A stretch of DNA of 64,000 bases from Octopus sinensis (lineage: Eukaryota): assembly GCF_006345805.1 (NCBI RefSeq), contig NC_043003.1:72416001-72480000 (forward strand), in the 5' to 3' direction. Positions 1 to 14,365 of this stretch are shown here, in pieces. The notes beneath the pieces were generated by a model. It was not told the origin of the DNA. It worked only from the letters and a program-made list of their open reading frames with translations, and searched no databases. Within the stretch, counting starts at the first letter, position 1, and each line of letters begins with the position of its first letter. Made by a program: the position numbers and the translations under genes.

Positions 1-750
1 TACCCATGAACAAAGACTCCTTGAACTTAGATCAACACTAACTAAAAGACATTACCCAATCTCATTAATAAATGATGGCATTAAAAGAGCTAAGGAAATA
101 GATATACAAATATTAAGGCAAGCCAGCCGAAATACTAAACCAGACTTTAAAATACTCCCGTACATTTCCACACACAACCCTAGAAACAACGAAGCCCACA
201 AAATTATCACCGAAAATCTTCTCATCCTCAAAGAAGACAAAACAATGAACGAAATTTTAAGCTCATACAAAATTATAAAAAGCAAAATGCAACCGAAGTC
301 GCTGAAAAAAATATCAGCCAGCTCAAGACTATATCCACTAACAACAGAACCAAAAGTGAACAAATGTGGTCGTCCTAACTGTGGAACATGCCCCCACCTT
401 TTGGAGGGTTCAGAATTCTACTTCAAACAAGGAGAAATATTTAAGATCAAATCAAATTTCACCTGCGCCTCGGAAAATCTAATCTATGCCATGACATTGG
501 ATGTGGTAACCACTACATTGGACAAACAGGAATATCAGTCCGTCGAAGAACCACCATCCACAAAGAACAAATCCGCCACCCACAATACAGACAGTTACTG
601 GTTAGTGAACACATAGAAAGGTGTGCCAGGAATCTTAATCCTAATTTCCAAATCTTCCCCTTCTATCAATGTTCACAGAACACCTCAGTGCAACAAAGGT
701 TGAATAAAGAGGCAATTTTAATCAATAAATAGCTTCCCCAACTAAATATA
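1..750 (+). mobile_element. Penelope-like retroelement, 3' part (RT thumb plus GIY-YIG endonuclease), frameshifted
   Basis: Frame 2 reads RLLELRSTLTKRHYPISLI...CGRPNCGTCPHL...FTCASENLIYAM. After a frameshift near 497 it continues CGNHYIGQTG...RRRTTIHKEQI...EAILINK. This is the PLE Cys linker plus GIY-YIG layout. Confidence 0.85.
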
Positions 751-2486
751 AATACACAACTTAATACAGAACACCACTAACCCTTCAATTAACACCACTA
801 ACCCCTATACATTCCTTACACCATGCACATTACAATTCTATATGTAACATTCCAGAGCTACTTACAGTATGGTACACAGGATGCATGAGTGTATGTATGT
901 GTGTGTGTGTGTGTGTGTATTTAGAATAAGAAAAGGGAGTTTTGCGAAATTCAGCTAATTGTTTATCTCGTCATTTTTCAAACTGGCAAAGTCAACAAAA
1001 CGGTTTTGTAACGGCGTTTGAGTAATAGGAACGCATTTCTGAAAAAGAAGCAGAGAGCGATCAAGAGGTGATGCGCGATGACTAACTAAAAACAGTTCTT
1101 TTTTATGAATATTGAAACCAACACTGAAGTGGATTATGATCTGTCCGGGTAGCCAGTCTTTAATTCCTGCTAAGATGTATTTTGTAAGACGCGGACATGA
1201 TGAAAAGATCTCGCTTTTGGTATTCATACAGCCCCTGAATTTTCTTAAATTCTTTAAAAGATCCAGTGGTTTACTCTGAACAATGAAGGAGAAGTGCTGA
1301 ACACGTGTTGCAGAAGATATAAGGATAAGGCTTTTCTTTTGAAATTAACTGAAGTTTATCTTGCGACGCTAGTTTCACGCCACTGCGATCTTCAGTTCGG
1401 ACGTGTTATTTCCTTGTGTACACGTCCAAAAACGTTTTCAAACCCTTTTGATCGTTTTCGAAAAGAAAATTCTACAGTGTATTGTCCTCTCTGTGTTCAG
1501 ACCTTCGTGGCTAATAAACAAATCTATCTTTAGAAGAAAACTATTACAATTCGGTATTGGTGGTGTATTTTTATCCTTTAATATGTGGGAGAAGGCCTAG
1601 TGCTTATGTTTGATCATTAATTAGCTTTACGTATTAATTAATTGTGTTTGTACCCTATTCATTGGTAATTCATGTTATTTCGTAATGTGGTGTTTTCATT
1701 TCATTTTGTAACGTAATATTTTGTAACGTGGTGTTTGTAAGTGTAGTTGAGAGGGTGTTATAAATTTGTTTCGAATTAGTGATTTTGGACGTTTTCTCTT
1801 GGTTGTGTACGCGTGTGTTTAAAGTTTTAAGTATATTGTCTTTTAGAAAGGGTGTCTATGGATGAGTTATGTGAAAAAGTCCTTAATGAAAGGTGATTTT
1901 CCCGAATGAGTGATTTTTGGAGATGTTTTGTGAGATATATGTAGGTCCGTATGTGTACATGTAGGTCTGTGTGTGTGTGTGAGTATGTGTATGTGTGTGT
2001 GTATCTGTGGCTGTGTGTGTATTTGTGTCTGTGTCTGTGTGTTTGTGCGCGTGTAGCATTTTGTATATCTTTAGAATTTTGTTTTTTGACATTTAATCAA
2101 GGAAATATTTGTTACTGTATATGTGCGTGCCAGAATGTGGTCATCTGGCGTTAGGATGTTATTTTATAAATCTGGGATAGGTGTTTATTTTGTCAGTGGT
2201 CAAAGAACAAAAATATAAATAGTCGTGTCGAGAGGGTGTTTCTTTGTGAATGTTCATGAGTGATTCTAACTGTGTAATTAAAGATAAATATTTCGAATAG
2301 ATCTGTTTTAAGAAAATGTTTTATATGGCTGAATGATTTAGATGTGCCGTGCTTTTGTTGAGATTAAAATGCATTAGTTATTTATGTTTGCTGTATATGT
2401 GTGTGTTTTGTGTTTCTGTAGTGAGATTTCATTCTGGGTGGAATGGAATTTTTGAGTTTTGGCTTGAGAGAATTTGTGTGTGTTTT

Positions 2487-2524
<38 letters not shown>

Positions 2525-3069
2525 CGTGTGGTTGTGTGTGTATGAGTGCGTAGTGGGTAAATGTTTAATGGTATATTGTTGTTTATCTTTTATCTGTTTG
2601 TATAAAGTGTGCATATGCCCACGCATATGCATATGCGTGGGCACATGTGTATAGAGTTTTTGAAGTTACGCCAAGGTAGTGGGTGAACGTCTTGATTCTA
2701 TCTGTGTGTGTTTTTTTGTGGGGGAGGGGGGCATTTATGTTTACGAGTGCATGCACACTTTCCGTTTTGAATTTGTAGTGATGTTTTCTTTTAACCAGAC
2801 GACAGTCATACACACGCAAACACCCAAGCACGCACAGAGACACACAGACACACAGACACACACTCACACATACATACCAAAGGATATAAATATACCACTA
2901 ATACTGAGTTATAACAGGTCTCGCCTGAAGATCGCAGTAATGTTAGACTCGAGTTGCGAAACAAACCCTCGGGTTCAGTTTCAACAAAAGAACTGTGCGT
3001 GCGTTTGCTTATATGTATGCATGTATGTATATATGTATACACACATACATACATACACACACACACACG

Positions 3070-3100
<31 letters not shown>

Positions 3101-3124
3101 CCATACAAACATACATACACTTAT

Positions 3125-3600
3125 CGTCACCGAACTCGAGTTCTACCTTCAGGGAGACATAACGATGGAGATACTTTCAGAAGATCCACAACATGGACAT
3201 CAAGGGTATAATGGTGCTGGCAACAGTTGGTAACAAATATATCAACAGTGACACTGAAAGGATATTTGTTAAAAGGAGGTATAGATGCATATGCTTAAGC
3301 TCAAGTCAACTGACATTTGATATCACTTCAAATCATTACTGAACAGTAAAGAAAGATGAGTACATCACGCGTGTATTCACGAACGGAAATTTATCCTACA
3401 CACGTAATCTGGGCGTAGCGCTGGTCCATGAGAATGCTCTAACTTAAATAGAAATATTGGGGAGAAGCACTCATCACACCAGCAGAAAGTTATGTGTGGA
3501 TAATATACTGCTAGATTGAGTAAAGCAAAAGCATTAACAGGAAGAGTAGCCTCTTCTGGATTTGCAATAGATACATACCATCTCACCTAGAAGGATAAGC
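3125..3600 (+). mobile_element. Highly decayed LINE-like fragment (clade uncertain)
   Basis: Non-repetitive stretch with faint similarity to LINE ORF2 C-terminal motifs (FKSLLNSKE..., IHERKF); many stops. Confidence 0.3.
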
Positions 3601-3973
3601 CTTTGCTATCCAGGAACAGGAAATAGCTACTAAATACCTGGTATGCAAAAGAAATAAGTGTGTCTCTTGACTTCTACGTTGTTATAGAAAATGTCAACTG
3701 TGTCAAACAACTGTGAAAAATGTCGCAACCGACTAATTACTATCCAAAAATGTCCTCAAACTACTCCGTTTTCATTAGATATGATGATGTTATATAAATT
3801 ATTTACCACACACGGAGATTATTGGTGAAACATTTCAATAAAAAAGATATTCTGGTGTACATACAAAAGTTGTTTTATTAAAAGAAGAAGCAAAAGTTTG
3901 GAGATCAGCTTTCCTGTAGATATGAATATCGCGTCAAGATTTGTTGAAAAGAGAACTGTGGAGTAATATTAAG

Positions 3974-4106
3974 GAGGTCGACTTTGCCTTTCATCCTTTC
4001 AAAAGGTCGATAAATTAAGTACCAGTTGTGTAATGGGGTCGATATAATCGACTGATCCCCTTCCCCCAAAATTTCAAGCCTTGTGCCTAAAGTAAAAAAG
4101 AATATT
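3974..4106 (+). mobile_element. SINE family B, 3' part
   Basis: GAGGTCGACTTTGCCTTTCATCCTTTC...GTCGATAAATTAAGTACCAG core, shared with copies at 21.9, 27.7, 49.4 and 56.5 kb. Confidence 0.8.
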
Positions 4107-5004
4107 AAGGAAGTTACAGTTCTTGTAGCCTGGTTATATATTCTCATATCATAGCTGTCCTAAGTTATGTGACACAAGATTTGCATAAAAGCCTGGAAAT
4201 GATAGAGTTTTTCAAATTTGCAAAAAGAAGATAGTAACACATTATCACAGTCTGCTACAACGATGTTAGTTATTCCAGCATCACTCCAACTATCAAATAA
4301 ATAATACCTCACAGGCTGAACAATCTATGACTAAACGGTTGTTTGATATCATATAGAAAAGTTTTCCTGTTTCGGGTTAAACTCTTCGTGAGAGAGAGCG
4401 AATGCATACGCCTTTGTTTTACAGCCTGCTGGTATGACCTTTATAATTTTCTTTTTCTCTGAAGAAAGTCAAGCACTCGAAACGTTGAAATATTTTGTCC
4501 TTAACGTCAACTTATATATATATATTCCACTACTTGACTTATTTGAGCAGTCTATAATATCTTGATAGAATTCTTTAAAACCACCTGTACTGGAGAATGT
4601 TTCTCAAAACAATTTTCTGCTTCAATGAACGAAAGTAATAGAACCCAATAATTATATACACTGACCAACTGGTGCAATATTGAGGTTAGATGTTATTTCA
4701 ATCTTAACAGGCACAAAATATATCCGAAATCATAATAAGGGTATGTCTATACGTAAACAGACGCACGCACAAACATAAAATTTATACGCTAGCAAGCATA
4801 CTCACATACAGACACAAGAAAATATAATTAATTTAATATTTACACACGAACACTCGTAAAAATATTTTTAGAATATCTCTATGCGTTTATAAATATATAT
4901 ATCATATACGTGTATATGTGTGTGCATATGTATGTATGTGTGTATACATACATACACATACATACATATACATATATATACATACATACATACATATATA
5001 TATA

Positions 5005-5416
5005 GGCATAGGAGTTGCTGTATGGTAAGTAGCTTGTTTACCAACCACATGGTTCCTGGTTCAGTCCCACTGCGTGGCACCTTGGACAAGTGTCTTCTAC
5101 TATAGCCTCGGGCCGACCAAAGCCTTGTGAGTTGATTTGGTAGACGGAAACTGAAAGAAGCCCGTTGTATATATGTATATATATGTATGTGTGTGTATAT
5201 GTTTGTGTGTCTGTGTTTGTCCCCCCAACATCGCTTGACAACCGATGCCGGTGTGTTTACGTCCCCGTAACTTAGCGGTTCGGCAAAAGAGAACGATAGA
5301 ATAAGTACTAGGCTTACAAAGAATATGTCCTGGGGTCGATTTGCTCGACTAAAGGCGGTGCTCCAGCTTGGCCGCAGTCAAATGACTGAAACAAATCAAA
5401 TAAAAGAGTAAAGAGA

Positions 5417-5417
<1 letters not shown>
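5005..5417 (+). mobile_element. tRNA-derived SINE family A, full length
   Basis: Pol III-like head (..GCTGTATGGTAAG..GGTTCAGTCCC), internal (TA/TG)n tract and AAAAGAGT-repeat tail; about a dozen copies in the window. Confidence 0.9.
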
Positions 5418-5474
<57 letters not shown>

Positions 5475-6855
5475 CAGGGTGTTTCCAAAAATGTATGCAC
5501 ACTTTAAATAATTCTAAAGTAGGTGTTTATAAAAAGATATTTCATTTTTAAACTTTTAATAGTATCTACAGATATTATTTTATTGTTTTGTCAATGTCTG
5601 TTTTCAAACTGACGTCTGTTCTGGTCCAGGCACTGCTGACAACGCAAAGAAATGGAATCGCAAACATCACGAAACAATTCGTTTGGTATTTGTGTGTATT
5701 CTCGTTCAATGGCTGATCTCAAATCAGCGACTGTTGCAGATTTCATAGCTTAGACTTTGTATTTTAGGTATCCCCATAAAAAAGTCTAGTGGTGTGAGGT
5801 CTGATCAACGCGGAGGGTATTCAACGAAACCGCTTCATCCAATCCACCTGTTTGGAAGGATCTCATCAAGGAAGGATCTAACATAGTGTGGGGTACCCCA
5901 TCTTGCTGAAAATAAAACTCATCTTCTCTAATGCTTGGCATGACAGACTGTTGTAGCAAGTTCAAGCAAATGGGACCAGTCATAGTCGCGTCAAAAAGAA
6001 TGCTTGATGATAAGCCACACCACAGTGTAACCCCTGGTAAATTAACATGGTATTCCACCATAACATGCAGATTCTTATGTCCCCAGTAGGTGCAATTGTG
6101 ACGGTTAATTGAACCATTTAGCTTGAATGTGGCCTCATCACTCCCCACAATCTTTCTTCGAACGTGTGCATCTTCTACACATCTTGTCAAGTACCACTCG
6201 CAATACTGCACTCTTCGGTCTGGATCATCGTCATTAATAGGATGGACTAATCTCGGTACGTAATTTTTCCATATACAACACTTCAAATTGTGTTGGACAG
6301 ACGATTTTGAAATACCTACCTTACGACTCGCTTGCCACACAGATCTTCTTGGACTTTGGTGATACGTTTCCAGCAATCCTTGTTGCTTTTTCGGGGTTGT
6401 TGATGTTCGTGGTCTTCTGGAATGCTTCTCGTGGGCATTTTGAACAGTTCCATCGGCTTCAAACCTATCGAGTGATGGTGAGTCGCATTGGTGGATCTGT
6501 TTGAAACTCCCTCCTAAACTGTCTTTTCACTTCAATTCTTTTTTCACATTTACAGTAACACTTTAGAATGAATTTAATTTGTTCAAAGCTTAGTCTGATA
6601 GCCATCAGCTTCAAAATTATCTCTAATTCGAGTGATGGTATGTCGCATTGATGGATCTATTTGAAACTCCCCCTTAAAGTGTCTTTGCGCTTCAACTGCG
6701 CTTTCACCCTTCCAGTAACATTTTAGAATGAATTTCCTTTGTTCAAAGCTTAGTCTGATAGCCATCTTAAATTCCAATGGGTTTCATCTGGAAAGGAAAA
6801 ACATCAATTGAGTTATCAGCTGCTCAAGTGTGTTTACATTTTTGGGGACACCCTG
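5475..6855 (-). mobile_element. Tc1/mariner DNA transposon (maT/DD37D-like), degraded transposase
   Basis: Terminal inverted repeats (TIRs) CAGGGTGTTTCCAAAAATGTA / TACATTTTTGGGGACACCCTG, flanked by TA. Minus-strand motifs: LSFEQRKFILKCYW (N-terminal HTH), [31 protein letters not shown]. Confidence 0.9.
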
Positions 6856-8634
<1,779 letters not shown>

Positions 8635-8823
8635 TACGTTCCCTAGTTGTAAGCACTACCTGCAGTGAATTATTCACTGCAGCCCTTCGCTTCAGGAGTC
8701 TCTTAGCGCGCCAGAACCAAGACATTTGAAATTTTATTCCCGATGTAATCAGTAAGACTAAGCACGTGTCTGTCTTGACACAGAGAGCTGGGGTTAGTCT
8801 TGCGGTTTTCATCTCGAGGACCG

Positions 8824-8899
8824 AATGTACTGATGAAGTCACGGACACTTGAATTATGCAAGTAATTCTCTTGTTAAGACCGAAACCGAGGTATGCATT
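8824..8899 (+). ncRNA. Type I hammerhead ribozyme motif, copy 1
   Basis: Stem I AATGTA/TGCATT; core CTGATGA; stem II (A)GTC...GAC(C); GAAA; stem III ACC-GA-GGT; GUA triplet, predicted cut after 8893. Confidence 0.75.
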
Positions 8900-9370
8900 T
8901 AAGTCTGTTTTTTATTTAATTTTTCATATGTCCTGCCCGCCAAAGTTGGTTCTGGTGTTCGCTGAACTCTTCCTCTAGAGAATTTCCCTTGTAGTTTGAT
9001 CGTTGATGATCCTCTTCTAGCATTCTGGCCGGCTACCTAGCAGGCCAGCCCTGCCAATATACACATATATTTGAATTTACTCTGACTCCTCAGATTTTTT
9101 GAATGCTGGACTACTGGTTTTAAATTGATATTAAAATTAATATTAATTTATCTCCCTCAATATTTAAATATTTAAATAAATTACGTTCCCTAGTTGTAAG
9201 CACTACCCGCAGTGAATTATTCACTGCAGCCCTTCGCTTCAGGAGTCTCTTAGCGCGCCAGAACCAAGACATTTGAATTTTTATTCCCGATGTAATCAGT
9301 AAGACTAAGCACGTGTCTGTCTTGACACAGAGAGCTGGGGTTAGTCTTGCGGTTTGCATCTCGAGGACCG

Positions 9371-9446
9371 AATGTACTGATGAAGTCACGGATACTTGAA
9401 TTATGCAAGTAATTCTCTTGTTAAGACCGAAACCGAGGTATGCATT
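9371..9446 (+). ncRNA. Type I hammerhead ribozyme motif, copy 2
   Basis: Same fold as 8824-8899; predicted cut after 9440. Confidence 0.75.
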
Positions 9447-9714
9447 TAAGTCTGTTTTTTATTTAATTTTTCATATGTCCTGCCCGCCAAAGTTGGTTCT
9501 GGTGTTCGCTGAACTCTTCCTCTAGAGAATTTCCCTTGTAGTTTGATCGTTGATGATCTTGTTCTAGCATTCTGGCCGGCTACCTAGCAGGCCAGCCCTG
9601 CCAATATACACATATATTTGAATTTACTCTGACTCCTCAGATTTTTTGAATGCTGGACTACTGGTTTTAAATTGATATTAAAATTAATATTAATTTATCT
9701 CCCTCAATATTTAA

Positions 9715-9780
<66 letters not shown>

Positions 9781-9849
9781 GCATATATATTACTAGGATA
9801 ATTCATTCAACTACTTAAACATTTATATAAGTATGTATATACATATATA

Positions 9850-9896
<47 letters not shown>

Positions 9897-9949
9897 CATA
9901 TATATATGTATATTTACACACACACACCACACACACACACACACACACA

Positions 9950-10021
<72 letters not shown>

Positions 10022-11217
10022 AAATAAGCAACAAGGATTGTTGATTATTTTGATTTTAATCACCTTACTTTGAGATTGTATGGATAACACCATACTAAAT
10101 TCTGGTACCTCAACTTAAGTACCATATTCATCTGAATCTAAATTTTTGCTGAACTCACCATATGAGATTATTCCGAAAGGAAATAGATACATGCAGTGGA
10201 AATGTAATGTAAGAAGACAGTATAATGTCGAGTTTTATAGATTGGTAGAGATTATCAATCTGAGGAACTAAAGGTATGCTTTTGCCAATGTCTTCTTACA
10301 TTTCCTTTCCACTACATATATCTATTTCCACGCTTTTAAACTTTATTCCAATTCATTATATTTTCCCGCTCTTAACTTTCTGTTAATTTCTTTCTTTCTC
10401 CTCCTTCTCTTTCTCTAATTTATGTTTGACGTTAAATCTATTAACAATTTTTTTAAATGAAAAATAACGTGCTAGAGTTCTCCATACATCATATACTTAC
10501 TTATGCGGTAATCACATTCGGCTAAAATGGCTTGCTATGTTTTGTTCCTTTTTGCCCCTGACGAGATGTTGCATTGTTTTACATCATTTTTATTCCCTTC
10601 TGAATAATCTCAATGCTTTTTTCGAAAGATATGTTGGTAGTATGAATTATTTGAATAACACCTGCGTTTGACTTCATTTCTTGATTTATCCATGTTATAC
10701 AAAAACATTTCGCTTAACCATGGAATTTCTACATTTGTAAGTAGTCTGTAATATCTTTGGTGCTTATGCCAACTTTTGGTACCCTGGTAACTATTTATTT
10801 ATTTATTTTGCCTTGTTATTCGTACACATTGAAATTATACACACACACGCACACACACACACACACACATATATATATCAAAACAGTTTGGTTCAGACTC
10901 CTTGATACTCTAAGTTTCAAGCGTGTGGCTAGACTTCAGCTACTGGAATCAGAATTAGTTTTTTTTACCACTGGACGTTAGCCTGCAATTGGTCGAAATT
11001 GCAGCATAGTCGTTTGATGTTGCTATTTCAGCGACAACAATTAGTTGGAAAATAATATACTTGATGCTGGATGTTTCATATATTATATATATGTGCGTGT
11101 GCGTGAGTGTGTGTGTCTGTGTGTGTGTGTTGTGTGTGTGTGTGTGTGTGTGTTTAAAGAAGAACATATACTCAGCCATAGAACCGGTGAAAATTATTAA
11201 AATAAAGTTAATGTACC

Positions 11218-11635
11218 CTCTTTTACTCTTTTACTCTTTTACTTGTTTCAGTCACTTGACTGCGGCCATGCTAGAGCACCGCCTTTAATCGAGCAATTAG
11301 ATCCCGGGACTTATTCTTTTTCAAGCCCAGTACTTATTCTGTCGGTCTCTTTTGCCGAACCGCTAAGTAACGGGGACATAAACACACCAGCATTGGTTGT
11401 CAAGCAATGCTAGGGGGACAAACACAGACACACACACACAGACACACACACACACCTATATATACATATATACGACGGGCTTCTTTCAGTTTCCGTCTAC
11501 CAGATCCACTCACAAGGCTTTGGTCGGCCCGAGGCTATAGTAGAAGACACTTGCCCAAGATGCCACGCAGTGGGACTGAACCCGGAACCATGTGGTTGGT
11601 AAACAAGCTACTTACCACACAGCCACTCCTGCGCC
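11218..11635 (-). mobile_element. SINE family A, full length
   Basis: Reverse complement of the 5005-5417 family. Confidence 0.9.
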
Positions 11636-11779
11636 TCATTAAAATATTTAGAAATGTTAAAACTTTACAGATACATAAATATATAAAAATATAATAGTTA
11701 TATATGGGTAGAAAAACTATACTGATGTATAAAAATATATTGGCATCCTTCTGGGGTGAAAGAAGAAGGCGATCCATTG

Positions 11780-12345
11780 TTCGGCGTCTCTATGGGGACC
11801 TTTGACAGGGCTGAAATCGCCGACCTCTTCAGGTTATTCACTTTGGATACCCTCAAGAGATGTACCCACCCACATAGTTCGGCCCTTTATAGGACGCAAC
11901 CTGGCTGAACGACCACACCATGAACAGGTCCTTTAAGGAATTCGTTCTTTCCATAACGGTTACCGCCAACCTGACAATTTCTTGGACGTAACCTTAGGCC
12001 TCAGTACAGGCAAGTATTACCCATACAGGAAGCCTAACAGTGATACAGTATGCATTCTCCCGGATGCATAGTAAATGACTTTCTAATATCTCGACCAATA
12101 GAGATTTAACAGGGCCACCTTCACTACAAAGATGCTTTGGCTAGGAGTGGATTTACTGAGAGGCTCAAGTATGTGGATAACCCCCAAACACCTTCTCCTC
12201 ACCCTAAAAGGCTTAGGAGAAGGAAAATTATATGGTATAACCACCATTTCAACCGAGAGGTTTCCACCAACGTAGCTAGGGGGTTCCTGTCGCTAATGAA
12301 AAACACAGAGGCCATAAGTATTGCAAGCTTTTCAACCCCCAAAAA
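11780..12345 (+). mobile_element. Penelope-like RT remnant, heavily deleted
   Basis: Fragments GVSMGTFD.AEIADL, FLDVTLGLSTGKYYPYRKPN and RKIIWYN..FN..VSTNVARGFL are typical of PLE RT and thumb. Confidence 0.75.
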
Positions 12346-13582
12346 AGCAAAATGTAATGAAGGAACGATGTAAAGCTGTCCACGGATGTAAACTGCTCCA
12401 GAGAAACTGCAACTGGGTTAGATGTAAAGTAAGAGGTGGGAAATGAAATTGTAAGTTAGGACAATGCATCATATCGATGATATGTGCACGGAATGCATGT
12501 GATTCACTGTGTGTACATGAACTTGTCTAAAATTTTCAGACACACGCAGATACACTCCATTCATGTTTGCATACTCACAGACACACAAACACACTGATAT
12601 ACATACACATACACATGAACATATACATATAGATACACACACATACACTCACACACGCACACGCATCAAATAGACGAATGGATTTTATCGTATACCTTAC
12701 AAATGTTTCATAAAGAAATTTTATTGCAACGTAATATCATGCAGGTAGGTACTTATAGACGTGCACTATTCCATTAGATTATACAATACATTACAGTGAA
12801 TCCATCAAATCTTCATGGTATATCATAATTTAAACCGGTAAATAATGATATGCTACAATGTCGAAGTACATTTCTGCATACAGAAAATCAATCCAATTCA
12901 AATATGGAAGTGATCTGCTATACAATCGGCCAATTTGTTTTACAGGCAGTTTAAGATGTTTAGAGAATTCATCGTAGAAAATGGCTGTGCTAAGCTGTAG
13001 GTATAAGTAATAAGGGGATTTATTTGGATTGATCAGAACAAAGTGTAAAATGAGTTCTATGGCAATTCTTATCTTCAAAACGTCGTTAACATAACAATCC
13101 AGCATATAATGAAATATTAGCAACGAGATTTTATTGCCTACGAAAAGTGGCATCAGCAATCCAATCCAGAATACATCAATGATTGAAATATGCTGCATAT
13201 GTCATTAGCTCAAGTGACAATACGGTTTACACAACTTGTATATGACATATAATACACTATGCACTACACAATAATAGAATATATTGATCTTTGGCGAATC
13301 GCTTCTACGGCATATTTCAAAATTTTGATGGAGTCCAGATTGGATCGCTGATGCCAGTTTTCGTGGATAATAAAATCTAGATGTTAGTATAACAAACTTT
13401 AAACCTTTGCAACATTTTTCTAAAAAACATTTCTGGAATAAGTAAGTCACAAAATCAGATTCAGCCTGAAAAAAAAAAGATACATCGATATTGAAATTTT
13501 TAACTTTAGTTAAAAAAATTCAAAGTCTGACGGTAACAGAAAAGATCCTTCCCTGAATACATTTACCCCTCTCTCACACACA

Positions 13583-13618
<36 letters not shown>

Positions 13619-14365
13619 TACACAATCTTTGTCTTCAGTCACTTCGAGTGTGTAAATGTGTGTGTGTATGTGTGTGTGTGTGCGCGCTTGTGTGTACGAA
13701 ATTTTATAAAATATCAGCAGCAAGATAAGAAAAAAAATTATATCTCTGCACCAAATGGAAAAACAAAAATTTAGTTTATCGATACATTATAAATTGCCTC
13801 AGATAATACGGAAATATATTTTGGTCAAGAGGCCTATCCGTCGAAGAAGACACGGTCTGATATGGAATTAAAAAAAATTGAAATAGAGGAATTCTATTGT
13901 AAATATTGCCCGGGAACGCTGCGATACCAGCTAGTGTATACACACACACAAACACAAACACACACACACACACACTCGTTTGTGTGTATATCAGGCAAAA
14001 AAGATACTTTGTTCACAACATATTTAGTTACGTCAACTTATATATTAACAATGAAATAGGAAAAGAATTATAAGCAGATTTTATTTTCAAATCTTCACCG
14101 GTTGTATAACTCTCATTAGTAAACTTTAGTGATACTTGGTGTGATAGTTAATACTGTATCACTGTCAGCTGTCGAATATACATGCTACTAATGATATTTA
14201 CGAAATCTCTGGAGATTTCACAATGCAATTTGCTTATAGGTTATTCTTTATATAATTGTTAATGAAATGCATGTAAGATAATATAATTAAATATTTATGG
14301 GCAAGTTTTCTGGAACTATGGTAGGAGTTCTCTCAGAGTTTTCCTTTTTGATATTCAGGCATATA

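Larger units (their letters stand above)
8631..9720 (+). mobile_element. Head-to-tail dimer of a 547-bp HHR-containing unit (retrozyme or PLE pseudo-LTR-like)
   Basis: Units start at 8631 and 9178 and differ by about 6 substitutions. Flanked by (TA)n on both sides; each unit has an HHR motif. Confidence 0.8.

Noticed and set aside
2915-2975. CTGAAGA...GAAAC hammerhead-like motif
   Set aside because: No convincing stem I/III or cleavage triplet.
4452-4492. CTGAAGA-AAGT..ACTC-GAAACGTT motif
   Set aside because: Stems are too weak to separate from chance in AT-rich DNA; possibly a decayed PLE tail.
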